Source of the DNA: Candidatus Kuenenia stuttgartensis
GTDB taxonomy: Bacteria; Planctomycetota; Planctomycetia; Gemmatales; Gemmataceae
Length of the DNA: 64,000 nucleotides
Direction of reading: 5' to 3'
Assembly (NCBI GenBank): GCA_945875585.1
Contig: CAMCLK010000002.1
Coordinates: forward strand, 10,964 to 74,963
The notes under the pieces are model-generated. The model was not told where the DNA came from. It ran no database searches and saw nothing but the letters and a program-made list of their open reading frames with translations. Each line of letters opens with the position of its first letter. The stretch's first letter is position 1. The position numbers and the translations under genes are program-made. Shown here piece after piece: positions 37,262 to 47,097 of the stretch.

Positions 37262-40200
37262 GTGATTTCCAGGTTTTTCATTGACCGGCCGGTATTTGCT
37301 TCGGTTCTATCCATAGTTCTGGTTATAGCCGGAGCTTTGTCAGCATTTTCTTTGCCTGTATCCCAATACCCACCCATTGTTCCACCAACAGTTCAGGTGG
37401 CCGTAACCTACCCAGGAGCCAGCGCTCAGGTTGTTGCGGATACTGTTGCTGCGCCCATTGAACAGCAAGTAAACGGTGTGGACAACATGTTGTACATGTG
37501 CTCCACCAGCGACAATACCGGGGCTTACAATCTTATCGTGACTTTTGCCCTTGGAACGGAACTTAACGATGCGTTGGTGGCTGTTCAGAATCGCGTGAAC
37601 TTGGCTGTGCCACAGTTGCCTAGTGCGGTTCAAAAACAGGGGCTAACCATCAAGAAAAAGTCACCTAACATCCTGATGTCGATCAATTTTATATCGCCTG
37701 ATGGTCGGTATGATGATATTTTCATGTCGAATTACGCGACAATACATGCTAAAGATGAAATATTTCGCATTGAGGGGATTGGTGATATCACCTATTTGGG
37801 GCAGCGCGACTATTCCATCCGAGCATGGTTGGACCCGCAGCAGATGGCATCAAGAGGCATTACGGCGAACGAAGTGCTCGATGCTATTAGGTATCAGAAC
37901 GCGCCTTTGGCTGTTGGTATGATTGGTCAGCAACCATCCGGTCCTGGATTGATTTTTCAGCAACCATTGGATGGGAAAGGGCGGCTGGCAACCCCTGAAG
38001 AATTTGGCGATATCATTGTCCGCTCGATCGCCAATGCGCCCAATTCGCCCTCAGCCCAAATGGTGCGTCTGCGTGATGTGGCCCGGGTCGAGATGGGAGC
38101 TGCCAAGTACGATCAGTATGCATCGAATAAGGGTTTGCCTTCGGTGGCGTTGGCCATCTACCAGTTGCCTGGATCAAATGCTCTCGATGTTGGTGAGCGC
38201 GTCCGGAGCAAAATGCAAGAACTGAAAAAGAAATTCCCACCGGGTTTAGATTACCGCATTGATTATGACACAACCCCGTTTATTCAGGAATCAGTGACGG
38301 ATGTCATTTCGACATTAAGAGATGCTGTTATCCTGGTGGGTATTGTTGTTTTGGCTTTTCTGCAAAGTTGGCGAGCCACCCTCATTCCACTCATCGCTGT
38401 TCCCGTAGCCATTATCGGCACGTTCGCAGCCATGGCCGCGCTTGGTTTTTCCATCAATAACATCTCCCTTTTTGGATTGGTTTTGGCTATTGGAATCGTT
38501 GTCGACGATGCCATTGTGGTGGTTGAGAATGTCGAACGGTGGCTAGCAGAAGGAATGTCACCGCACGATGCGGCACGCAAAGCGATGGATGAGGTGACAG
38601 GGCCAGTGGTTGCTGTGGCACTGGTCTTGTGTGCGGTATTTATTCCGTGCGCGTTTATCAGCGGCATCACTGGGCAATTTTTCCGTCAATTCGCAGTAAC
38701 CATTGCAATTTCAACCGTTTTTTCGGCATTCAATTCTTTAACATTGTCGCCAGCCTTAGCCGCTATCCTTTTGCGACCCCATGGTTCGGGCCCTGATCCA
38801 TTTCAATGGTTCATCAACATGACCATGGGATGGTTTTTTTGGGGGTTTGAAAAGTTATTCACTGCCGCCACAAATATGTACGTATGGATTGTCAAATGGT
38901 TGCTTTTTTTCAGATGGCCGGTATTGGTCGGATATATTGGATTGCTTTTTCTAACGGTAAAATTGTTTCAGATGGTGCCGACTGGATTTATCCCATCTCA
39001 AGATCAAGGCTATGTCTTGATCAATTTACAAATGCCAGAATCGGCTAGTGTTCAAAGAACAAGCGAGATTATGTCTCAGCTTGAAAAAATATCGCTTGAA
39101 ACTCCCGGTGTCAAAAGCACCTTCGCAGTTTCCGGGTTTACGGTGCTTTTGAGCATGAGTGGCCCTAATTACGGTTCTATTTTCGTGATTTTGGATGATT
39201 TTGATCATCGACGTGAAGCCAACCTGAAAGGCAATGCCATCATGCTTGCCTTGCGGCAGCGTTTCCGGGAAGAAATCAAGGATGGGGTTGTCAGTGTCTT
39301 TGGTGCTCCACCAGTTCCTGGATTAGGAACCGCGGGTGGATTCAAAGCTATGGTTGAAGATCGGAGCGACTTAGGGGCAGCAGAACTCGATAAACATACC
39401 ACCAATTTACTTGTTGAAGGGCGAAAAAATTCAGGATTTTTTGGTCTGTTCACGATGTACAGTGCCCGGGCTCCTCAATTGTTTGCAGACATTGATCGAG
39501 CAAAAGCTCGTTCCATGGGTATTGAAATCGCGGATGTCAATAAGGCTTTAGAAACTTTTATTGGGACCGTATATGTCAATAACTTCAATGCGTTTGGCCG
39601 GTTCTGGCAGGTTAACGTTATGGCTGATCAGCAGTTCAGGCATCAAGTTGAAAACCTGAATCTGGTCAAGGTTCGTAATATTAAAGGCGACATGGTGCCT
39701 TTAGGGTCGGTTATTGATGTTCGCGACACAACTGGTCCAGGCATGGTGATGCGCTACAACTTGTATAGAGCAGCGCCCGTCAACGGGGTGGCTCTTCCAT
39801 GGATCATGAGCTCGACCGAGGCTATGGATGCACTGGATGGCTTGGCATTGGACCATTTGCCACGATCCATGCGTATGGAATGGACGGAGTTGAATTTGCT
39901 GCAGCGCCTTGAAGCTGCTGATTGGCGCAATGCCATTGTGTTTCCACTGGCAGTTGTTTTTGTGTTTTTAGTCTTAGCGGCGCTATATGAAAGCTGGACG
40001 CTTCCTCTTGCTGTTATTTTGGTGGTCCCAATGTGCTTGCTTTCAGCGGTAATTGGTGTGGCTATCGCCCGTATGGATATCAATATTTTTACGCAAATCG
40101 GGTTTGTTGTTTTAGTTGGCCTTGCCAGCAAGAATGCGATTCTGATCGTTGAATTTGCAAAACAGTTGCGTGATGAAGGTAAATCCGTTCGGGAAGCAAC

Positions 40201-40564
40201 CGTAGAGGCATGTCGTATGCGTCTCAGACCAATCTTGATGACTTCTTTCGCGTTTATTTTTGGAGTGGTTCCACTTGTCATTGCAACTGGTGCTGGTGCC
40301 GAAATGCGTCGGGCGCTGGGAACAGCAGTATTCAGTGGCATGCTTGGCGTCACGATTTTCGGGATTCTGCTGACCCCGGTTTTCTTCATGTTAATTGCCG
40401 GATTCTCTGCTTCTCCCGGAAGTTCTAATGGTTCCGTAACTGTTCGAAAACGGTCTATTTGGCGCGTGATATTTACCCTTGGCTTGTCCGAAGTATTGCG
40501 TGGCAATCGCAAGGGCCTATTCCGGAATGACCAGCCGTCACAACGGCCTGAGGGCCAATCATGA
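37262..40564 (+). CDS. RND efflux permease (AcrB/MdtB-like)
   Basis: 1100 aa. N-terminal MISRFFIDRPVFASVLSIVLVIAG signature of the HAE1 family. 12-TM topology with two large periplasmic loops. Confidence 0.85.
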   Translation: MISRFFIDRPVFASVLSIVLVIAGALSAFSLPVSQYPPIVPPTVQVAVTYPGASAQVVADTVAAPIEQQVNGVDNMLYMCSTSDNTGAYNLIVTFALGTELNDALVAVQNRVNLAVPQLPSAVQKQGLTIKKKSPNILMSINFISPDGRYDDIFMSNYATIHAKDEIFRIEGIGDITYLGQRDYSIRAWLDPQQMASRGITANEVLDAIRYQNAPLAVGMIGQQPSGPGLIFQQPLDGKGRLATPEEFGDIIVRSIANAPNSPSAQMVRLRDVARVEMGAAKYDQYASNKGLPSVALAIYQLPGSNALDVGERVRSKMQELKKKFPPGLDYRIDYDTTPFIQESVTDVISTLRDAVILVGIVVLAFLQSWRATLIPLIAVPVAIIGTFAAMAALGFSINNISLFGLVLAIGIVVDDAIVVVENVERWLAEGMSPHDAARKAMDEVTGPVVAVALVLCAVFIPCAFISGITGQFFRQFAVTIAISTVFSAFNSLTLSPALAAILLRPHGSGPDPFQWFINMTMGWFFWGFEKLFTAATNMYVWIVKWLLFFRWPVLVGYIGLLFLTVKLFQMVPTGFIPSQDQGYVLINLQMPESASVQRTSEIMSQLEKISLETPGVKSTFAVSGFTVLLSMSGPNYGSIFVILDDFDHRREANLKGNAIMLALRQRFREEIKDGVVSVFGAPPVPGLGTAGGFKAMVEDRSDLGAAELDKHTTNLLVEGRKNSGFFGLFTMYSARAPQLFADIDRAKARSMGIEIADVNKALETFIGTVYVNNFNAFGRFWQVNVMADQQFRHQVENLNLVKVRNIKGDMVPLGSVIDVRDTTGPGMVMRYNLYRAAPVNGVALPWIMSSTEAMDALDGLALDHLPRSMRMEWTELNLLQRLEAADWRNAIVFPLAVVFVFLVLAALYESWTLPLAVILVVPMCLLSAVIGVAIARMDINIFTQIGFVVLVGLASKNAILIVEFAKQLRDEGKSVREATVEACRMRLRPILMTSFAFIFGVVPLVIATGAGAEMRRALGTAVFSGMLGVTIFGILLTPVFFMLIAGFSASPGSSNGSVTVRKRSIWRVIFTLGLSEVLRGNRKGLFRNDQPSQRPEGQS

Positions 40565-43500
40565 TATCGCGATTTTTTATTGATCGGCCTATTTTTGCTG
40601 CCGTTCTTTCGATTTTGATCACCATCGCCGGAATGGTTGCAGCAATATCTTTGCCCGTGGCTCAGTATCCAGAAATTGCTCCACCCACGGTGCTTGTCAC
40701 AGCCAGTTATCCTGGTGCCAATGCCCAGACGGTACTCGACACTGTTGCGGCTCCAATTGAGCAACAGGTTTCCGGTGTTGAGAACTGCATGTATATGACG
40801 TCGCAGTGCACGAATGATGGTGCCTATACACTTCTTGTAACTTTTAAAGCTGGTACTGATGCCAATATGGCTCAGGTTCTTGTTCAGAATCGAGTTTCGT
40901 TGGGCTTGCCCAATGTGCCTGACCTTGTTCAAAGACAAGGCGTTGCTGTTAAGAAGATCTCTCCCAGCACCATGATGATTGTCAATCTGATTTCTGATGA
41001 TGATCCAGTATCTGGCAAAGCAATTTATGATGATATTTATATGAGCAATTACGCGACTATTCAAATTCGTGATGAGTTGCTTCGTTTGCCAGGTGTGGGA
41101 AATGTCACATTTCTTGGCGAGCGTGATTATTCCATGCGCGCCTGGCTTAATCCCGACCGAATGGCTGTTCTTGGAATCACTGCCGATGTTGTGCTCCAAG
41201 CTTTAAGCCAACAAAATCTGCAGGTGGCTGCAGGATCAATCGGCCAACAACCTGTTCCTGCTGGTCAATCTTTCCAACTGATTATCAATACGCTGGGCCG
41301 ATTGACCGATGTGGAGCAATTTGGCAATGTTATTATCAAGATCGGCGATGATACAAAAAACGGTTCAGTTTCAAGTGTAGTTCGTCTTCGTGATATTGCG
41401 CGTGTCGAATTGGGCGCACAGCAATACGACCAATCATGTGCTTTGGATGGTAAGCCTTCAGTAGCCCTGTCTATTTTTCAGTTACCTGGATCCAATGCGC
41501 TTCAGACGGCACAGGGTGTTTATGGCAAAATGGATGAATTGAGCCGTCGGTTTCCTACCGGTTTGAAACACAAAATCGTTTACGACACCACACCGTTTAT
41601 CAAGGAATCGATCATTGAGGTTTTTAAAACCCTGCGCGATGCGATTGTCTTGGTTGCCATAGTAGTGCTTGTGTTTCTTCAGAACTGGCGAGCAACACTG
41701 ATTCCGCTCATTGCAGTACCTGTCGCTATTGTTGGAACATTTGCCGTAATGGCTGGATTGGGTTTCAGTCTTAATAACCTTTCTTTGTTTGGCCTCGTTC
41801 TTGCTATTGGCATTGTTGTGGATGATGCCATTGTCGTTGTGGAGAACGTTGAACGCTGGCTTGCGGAAGGATTGTCACCCCGTGATGCCGCGCGCAAGGC
41901 AATGGACGAAGTTACTGGTCCTGTTATTGCAGTGGCGTTAGTACTTTGTGCGGTATTTGTCCCATGCGCCTTCATTACTGGTGTTACGGGGCAATTTTTT
42001 CGCCAATTCGCCATTACCATTGCTGTTTCAACGGTGATATCAGCCTTCAATTCATTAACACTATCGCCTGCTCTTGCTGCCATTTTGCTTCAGCCTCATG
42101 GTGCCAAACGTGATATTCTTGCCATTTTGCTGAACGTTTCTTTGGGATGGTTTTTTAAGTTATTCAACGGAGTGTTTTCTGTTGGAACCACTGCCTACAC
42201 GAATATCGTTGCTGTTATGCTGCGGGTCAGTCTGATTGTTTTGATGGTTTATGTTGGGCTTCTTTATGCAACATATTGGAGTTTTGCGCATACTCCAACT
42301 GGGTTTATTCCAGCTCAAGATAAAGGTTATTTGCTTCTTAACGTTCAACTGCCGGATTCTGCGAGTGTTTCAAGAACTCGCGAAGTCATGAAGCAACTTG
42401 AAGCAATTGCTTCATCCATAGAAGGCGTTGAGCATACTGTCAGTCTTTCAGGTCAATCGTTGCTTCTTGGCGCCAGTGCATCGAATTTTGGTTCTATGAA
42501 TGTTATTCTAAAGCCGTTTGAGGATCGGAAGGGGCTTTCCAGCGATTCTATTGGTGCTTCCATCAGTGAACGATGCCGTCGTGAAGTTAAGGATGCTGCT
42601 GTGGGTGTGTTTGGCCCGCCGGCAATTGATGGCCTTGGCAACGCTGGCGGCTTCAAAATGATGATCGAGGATCGTGGTCCCCTTGGGCTTGCCGAGTTAC
42701 AGAAGACTGCCGATGCCATTGTTGCCAAGGGTAATTCCACGCCCGGTTTGACCGGTTTGTTCACTAGTTCCCGGTCAGGCACTCCTTGGCTTCAACTTGA
42801 CATCGACCGTGATAAATGTTTGTCAATGGGTGTTCAATTAGGCGATGTGTTTTCGTCGCTTCAGATATTTTTTGGTTCGTATTATGTCAACAATTTTAAT
42901 GAGTTTGGCAGGTCCTGGCAGCTCAATCTGATGGCTGATTCACAGTTTCGCTATCATATTGAAGACTTGCAGCGCATTAAGGTGCGCAACATGCAGGGCC
43001 AGATGGTTCCGTTGGGTACGATGATCAATGTTCGTGATGGCTACGGTCCTGTTATGCTGACCCGTTACAATATGTATTCAGCTTCAGCGGTTTATGGTGC
43101 CCCTTCGCCTGGTACGAGTTCTGGTGAGTCGATTGATTTGATGAATGGCATTGCTGATGGTTCTCTCCCAAGTGCCATGTCCACCGAATGGTCTGAATTG
43201 ACATATTTGCAACTTCAGGCAGGTAACACCGCCATGGTGGTTTTTGCATTGGCAGTTGTTTTTGTGTTTTTGGTGCTTGCAGCTCAGTATGAGAGTTGGA
43301 GTTTGCCTTTGGCTGTCATTCTCGTGGTCCCCATGTGTCTGCTTTGCTCTGTTATTGGGGTGCGACTTTCCGGAAATGACATTAATATTTTCACCCAGAT
43401 TGGTTTCGTAGTTTTGGTGGGACTAGCCAGTAAAAATGCTATTTTGATTGTTGAATTTGCCAAACAGCAGCGTGAAGAAGGTAAGTCGCGGCGTGAAGCT

Positions 43501-43779
43501 GTGCTTGAAGCTTGCCGTCTTCGACTTAGGCCCATCCTGATGACATCGTTCGCCTTTATTCTTGGTGTTGTCCCATTGGTTGTTGCTACTGGTGCAGGCG
43601 CCGAAATGCGCCGAACATTGGGATTGGCCGTTTTCAGCGGTATGTTGGGTGTCACGGTTTTTGGTGTGTTCCTCACACCTGTATTCTTTTACGTGATTCA
43701 GTGGTTCGGAGATGGCAAACCAGCGCCTGAGGCGGTCGCCTCAGCCACGTCCGATCATTCTGGTCACCACCATTCTTGA
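40561..43779 (+). CDS. RND efflux permease (second paralog, AcrB/MdtC-like)
   Basis: 1072 aa. Starts MISRFFIDRPIFAAVLSILITIAG. It overlaps the upstream pump gene by 4 nt. This tandem-pump arrangement is seen in MdtBC-type heteromeric pumps. Confidence 0.85.
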   Translation: MISRFFIDRPIFAAVLSILITIAGMVAAISLPVAQYPEIAPPTVLVTASYPGANAQTVLDTVAAPIEQQVSGVENCMYMTSQCTNDGAYTLLVTFKAGTDANMAQVLVQNRVSLGLPNVPDLVQRQGVAVKKISPSTMMIVNLISDDDPVSGKAIYDDIYMSNYATIQIRDELLRLPGVGNVTFLGERDYSMRAWLNPDRMAVLGITADVVLQALSQQNLQVAAGSIGQQPVPAGQSFQLIINTLGRLTDVEQFGNVIIKIGDDTKNGSVSSVVRLRDIARVELGAQQYDQSCALDGKPSVALSIFQLPGSNALQTAQGVYGKMDELSRRFPTGLKHKIVYDTTPFIKESIIEVFKTLRDAIVLVAIVVLVFLQNWRATLIPLIAVPVAIVGTFAVMAGLGFSLNNLSLFGLVLAIGIVVDDAIVVVENVERWLAEGLSPRDAARKAMDEVTGPVIAVALVLCAVFVPCAFITGVTGQFFRQFAITIAVSTVISAFNSLTLSPALAAILLQPHGAKRDILAILLNVSLGWFFKLFNGVFSVGTTAYTNIVAVMLRVSLIVLMVYVGLLYATYWSFAHTPTGFIPAQDKGYLLLNVQLPDSASVSRTREVMKQLEAIASSIEGVEHTVSLSGQSLLLGASASNFGSMNVILKPFEDRKGLSSDSIGASISERCRREVKDAAVGVFGPPAIDGLGNAGGFKMMIEDRGPLGLAELQKTADAIVAKGNSTPGLTGLFTSSRSGTPWLQLDIDRDKCLSMGVQLGDVFSSLQIFFGSYYVNNFNEFGRSWQLNLMADSQFRYHIEDLQRIKVRNMQGQMVPLGTMINVRDGYGPVMLTRYNMYSASAVYGAPSPGTSSGESIDLMNGIADGSLPSAMSTEWSELTYLQLQAGNTAMVVFALAVVFVFLVLAAQYESWSLPLAVILVVPMCLLCSVIGVRLSGNDINIFTQIGFVVLVGLASKNAILIVEFAKQQREEGKSRREAVLEACRLRLRPILMTSFAFILGVVPLVVATGAGAEMRRTLGLAVFSGMLGVTVFGVFLTPVFFYVIQWFGDGKPAPEAVASATSDHSGHHHS

Positions 43780-43780
43780 T

Positions 43781-44098
43781 TCAAGGGCGTGGCTTCAGTC
43801 CGAACCAGCTTGGAGGGCAGCATCCGTCACCCGGTTGGCTTCCTGATAGGTTGTTTTTGAAAATGCTTGGAAATGGTTTTCTAATATAGGGATCGCACAT
43901 CCGGCGACATTCGGGAGCAGGCGCGACAATAGGTTTCATGATGTAGTCGTCGCATTCGGTTGGTAGGCATGGCCGTACCATTGGAATTGGTTTTGGGCAG
44001 TAATTATCCTGACCATGCGGAACACAGTGGCTCGAATGCGGCATGGGATTCCACCATGCCATTGCCAGGAGCCAATTCCAATTCAAAGTATTGCCCAT
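43781..44098 (-). CDS. small Cys/Pro/Trp-rich hypothetical protein (speculative)
   Basis: 105 aa ORF immediately downstream of and co-oriented with the NodT gene. Internal repeated pattern C..DYIMKPI / CDPYIRKPFP. No known domain. Coding status is uncertain. Confidence 0.25.
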   Translation of the reverse strand: MGNTLNWNWLLAMAWWNPMPHSSHCVPHGQDNYCPKPIPMVRPCLPTECDDYIMKPIVAPAPECRRMCDPYIRKPFPSIFKNNLSGSQPGDGCCPPSWFGLKPRP

Positions 44099-44127
44099 AT
44101 TCAGTGCCCCAATTTAGTTTAAGGCTT

Positions 44128-45723
44128 TCAGTTGCCAGCGGGTGGTTTCGGTTGTGCTGCTGGATCTTCACGGCGTGGCTTAGGTAGGTCTGCCGGGTTG
44201 GTTTCTGATGCACCTTCAACGATTGGTGTTGGGGCACAACCATCGAGGCGAATTTGCCATCCGCCTCCCAATGCCTTGTAGGTGTGGACAAGTCCAGATG
44301 CAGTTTCACGGCGCGCATTGGCAAGGCTGATTTGTCTGTCGTAGAGCTTTTCCTGAAGTAGTGAGACGCGATTAAAATCTACAGTTCCTGCTTTGTACTG
44401 CACCTGAGCGATTTTCGCAGCGCGCATTGCCGCATCAACAGCTTTTTCCAATTCTTTAATTCTGTCTTGTCCCGTGAGAAAGCGTATTACGCCGTCTTCC
44501 ACTTCAGCTCCTGCTTTGACCACGACTTGCTGGTAATTCGCGATAGCTGCTTGGAATGTGGCATCTTGCAGCCTAACATTATTGACAAGGCGTCCGTAGT
44601 TGAAAATATTCCACTGAAATGCCGGCCCTGCTGTGCCAGTAAATGCCTGAGGGGTGTATAGGTTGCCGTAATTCAGGGCGGACCAGCCAAATGTTCCAAC
44701 GAGTGAAATGTGTGGGTAAAGCTCACTGGTGGCGACACCAATATTGGCACATGCTTCTGCCGCTTGCCGTTCTGCCTGTCTAACATCTGGACGGCGTGTC
44801 AACAGCTCAGCAGGTACTCCTAGAGCAACTTCGGGTCCAGCACTAGGAATTGGTCCTTTCCCCAAACGCTTTTCGAGGTCTTCTGGCGCAATACCTAGTA
44901 ATTGACAAAGGCGGTTGTTTTCTATGCGGGCAAACGCTTTATAATTAGGGATTTCTGATAGCGTTTTGCTTAGATCGGCTTGGGCTTGGTCAACATCCAG
45001 TTCGCTGACGAGTCCGCCTCTGAATCGGGCCTGAGCAATAGTAAGCGATTCTTGTTGGAATTCAGCTACAGATTGGGTGATGGCTGCTTGTGATTCGAAA
45101 TAGCGCATCAACACATATGATCCTGCGACATCGCCTAAGAGTATCACCATGGCACTGTCGTAGTTTTCGATGGATGCATCCAAATTGTCGCTGGCAGCTT
45201 CGATAGCGCGTCGGTATCGGCCCCAGAAATCAAGTTCCCACGCCAGGCCAGCGCCATAGTTCCATTGGGGGTAGTAACCCTGCGCAATAAATTGGCGGTT
45301 TGCTACTGCCGTGCTTAGCCCACGCTGGGTAAATGAACCGGTGGCAGATTGCTGTTGAGGGAAAAATTCCCCAACAGTGATGGCAAGTTTCGCGCGTGAT
45401 TCCAAAACTCGAAACCCTGCTTCGCGTAATGTCAGATTTTGCTGCGATGCCATGCAGATCAGGCTATCAAGATTCGGGTCTTTAAAGTTTGCCCACCAAC
45501 GTCTGTGTTCATCAGGATCTTTGATGAGCCGTTTGTCAACAGTGTCGATCCAGTCGTCTGCAACTGGGGCAGGTGGCTTCGCGTATTGTGGTCCTACTTT
45601 ATAACCGTTGCGGACATATTCGCGGAGGGTTGTGCAACCAGAAGGAAACAGCATGGATAAGGCAAGTGCGGCCTTCAACCACCGGCTGTTCTTGGGGCGG
45701 TGGAAGGATACTTGTCCCTTCAT
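44128..45723 (-). CDS. efflux outer membrane factor lipoprotein (NodT/OprM family)
   Basis: 531 aa. Lipobox LFPSGCTT. Two OEP repeats. Convergent with the RND pump genes. Confidence 0.8.
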   Translation of the reverse strand: MKGQVSFHRPKNSRWLKAALALSMLFPSGCTTLREYVRNGYKVGPQYAKPPAPVADDWIDTVDKRLIKDPDEHRRWWANFKDPNLDSLICMASQQNLTLREAGFRVLESRAKLAITVGEFFPQQQSATGSFTQRGLSTAVANRQFIAQGYYPQWNYGAGLAWELDFWGRYRRAIEAASDNLDASIENYDSAMVILLGDVAGSYVLMRYFESQAAITQSVAEFQQESLTIAQARFRGGLVSELDVDQAQADLSKTLSEIPNYKAFARIENNRLCQLLGIAPEDLEKRLGKGPIPSAGPEVALGVPAELLTRRPDVRQAERQAAEACANIGVATSELYPHISLVGTFGWSALNYGNLYTPQAFTGTAGPAFQWNIFNYGRLVNNVRLQDATFQAAIANYQQVVVKAGAEVEDGVIRFLTGQDRIKELEKAVDAAMRAAKIAQVQYKAGTVDFNRVSLLQEKLYDRQISLANARRETASGLVHTYKALGGGWQIRLDGCAPTPIVEGASETNPADLPKPRREDPAAQPKPPAGN

Positions 45724-45910
45724 GTCGAGTCTCTCTCATTGCCATTAGATGGTGGGGGGATGAAGTTTGCCCCTCCTTCACGATTAAAGTCGGCACAATC
45801 GGTACAGACTGTACACTCAATCTGTTGTAAATGGAGGCTTTGTGCTTATAGGTTGCAGAGGTTATCTTGTATTACGAGGCTTATTATTTTGTAGATGCAC
45901 CCAGTAAACA

Positions 45911-45942
45911 AAAACAGCCGCAACAAAATGCGGCTGTTTTTG
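45911..45942 (-). terminator. rho-independent terminator downstream of tRNA-Val (stem CAGCCGCA/TGCGGCTG flanked by A and T runs; potentially bidirectional)
   Basis: AAAAACAGCCGCAACAAAATGCGGCTGTTTTTG is read directly. It lies 24 nt beyond the tRNA 3' end on the minus strand. Confidence 0.65.
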
Positions 45943-45965
45943 CAATGTAAATTACTGGTTTGGAA

Positions 45966-46037
45966 TGGGCGCTACAGGATTCGAACCTGTGACTTCAACC
46001 GTGTGAGGATTGCACTCTACCGCTGAGTTAAGCGCCC
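45966..46037 (-). tRNA. tRNA-Val (anticodon CAC)
   Basis: The reverse complement folds into a 72-nt cloverleaf. Acceptor GGGCGCT/AGCGCCC, D-arm ACTC..GAGT, anticodon stem CAATC/GGTTG with loop CU-CAC-AC (U33, A37), T-arm ACAGG-TTCGAAT-CCTGT, discriminator A. The CCA end is not encoded. Confidence 0.9.
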
Positions 46038-46088
46038 CCGAAAAAGTAATCCTAGCGTTGCGGACACCCAGAGGGAAGGGCAGCGGCT

Positions 46089-46364
46089 TCAGGACTTGCT
46101 GATGGGGGAATCGTCAAATCGGGGTGCGGTTGCGGCCACTTTCTGTGGAGCACGCGGGGTTTCCGATGGTTGGCTTTCCACGCGAGTTATAGCTGGTTCC
46201 ACTTCGTCTTCGATTCCCTTAATGCCTTTCTTGAATTCAACGATACCCTTGCCCAAGTAGCGGCCAACTTCGGGCAAACGGCGGCCGAAAATCATCACGC
46301 CTACCACCAGCAGGATGACAATTTCCATTGGACCGAGGTTGAAGAAGGCAAACATGGCGTTCAT
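46089..46364 (-). CDS. tatA: twin-arginine translocase subunit TatA/E
   Basis: 91 aa. N-terminal TM (IVILLVVGVMIFG) followed by the amphipathic RRLPEVGRYLGKGIVEFKKG helix typical of TatA. Confidence 0.75.
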   Translation of the reverse strand: MNAMFAFFNLGPMEIVILLVVGVMIFGRRLPEVGRYLGKGIVEFKKGIKGIEDEVEPAITRVESQPSETPRAPQKVAATAPRFDDSPISKS

Positions 46365-46479
46365 GGTGAGGCTTCCTGAGGCGGGCAGAGCACGGATTTT
46401 CAGTAACTCAAGTATACCATCAACTCGGGATGGCAGGCAAGCATCAGGATTGTAAGGTTCCGGCTTTGATCAACTTGGA

Positions 46480-47097
46480 TTGTTATGTGGAAGCAAAAAG
46501 GCTATGCGATTAGCTACTGGCATGGTTTTTATGGTTGAAAGGGGCACCGTCATGTCGCTGTACAAAACAATGTTCATGGTTGGAACTGGATTGATCTTGG
46601 GGGTTACGGGCACCCTTTGGCTAGCGCGTGGCCCGGTTTCCACTGTCTGGGCAGCTAATGATCGGTTTGAAGACTACATCATGACCACGGGTGCGGTTTT
46701 GGTGAATCGCCGCTCGCCTAGTGACGGTGTATGGTTACTCGACTACCGAACGGGACGATTGCTGGGCACCGTGATTGATCAATCGACAGGTACCATAACC
46801 GGTTGGGCCGAGCTTGACTTGGTTCAGGAATTTGGCATCCCGCCACGCAACAATGTTCATTTCATGATGACCACTGGTTCCGTTAACGGCTTCCAGTCTG
46901 CCTTATATCTAGCTGAAACGGTCAGCGGTAAATTTGGTGTCTACACCATGGGACTGAGGTCTGACGGGCAACCAGGAATTGCCATTCGCCGTCAGGACAT
47001 CACAACCTTTCGTGCAGCAGGAAATGGCGCGGCAGGTCAATTACCTGCTGCGGCCCCATTGGCCCCTTTGCCACCCGCGGCGCCAGCAGGGAACTGA
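46480..47097 (+). CDS. hypothetical membrane-anchored protein
   Basis: 205 aa. One N-terminal TM and no recognisable domain. The 3' end overlaps the cstA 3' end by 60 nt (convergent). Confidence 0.4.
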   Translation: MLCGSKKAMRLATGMVFMVERGTVMSLYKTMFMVGTGLILGVTGTLWLARGPVSTVWAANDRFEDYIMTTGAVLVNRRSPSDGVWLLDYRTGRLLGTVIDQSTGTITGWAELDLVQEFGIPPRNNVHFMMTTGSVNGFQSALYLAETVSGKFGVYTMGLRSDGQPGIAIRRQDITTFRAAGNGAAGQLPAAAPLAPLPPAAPAGN

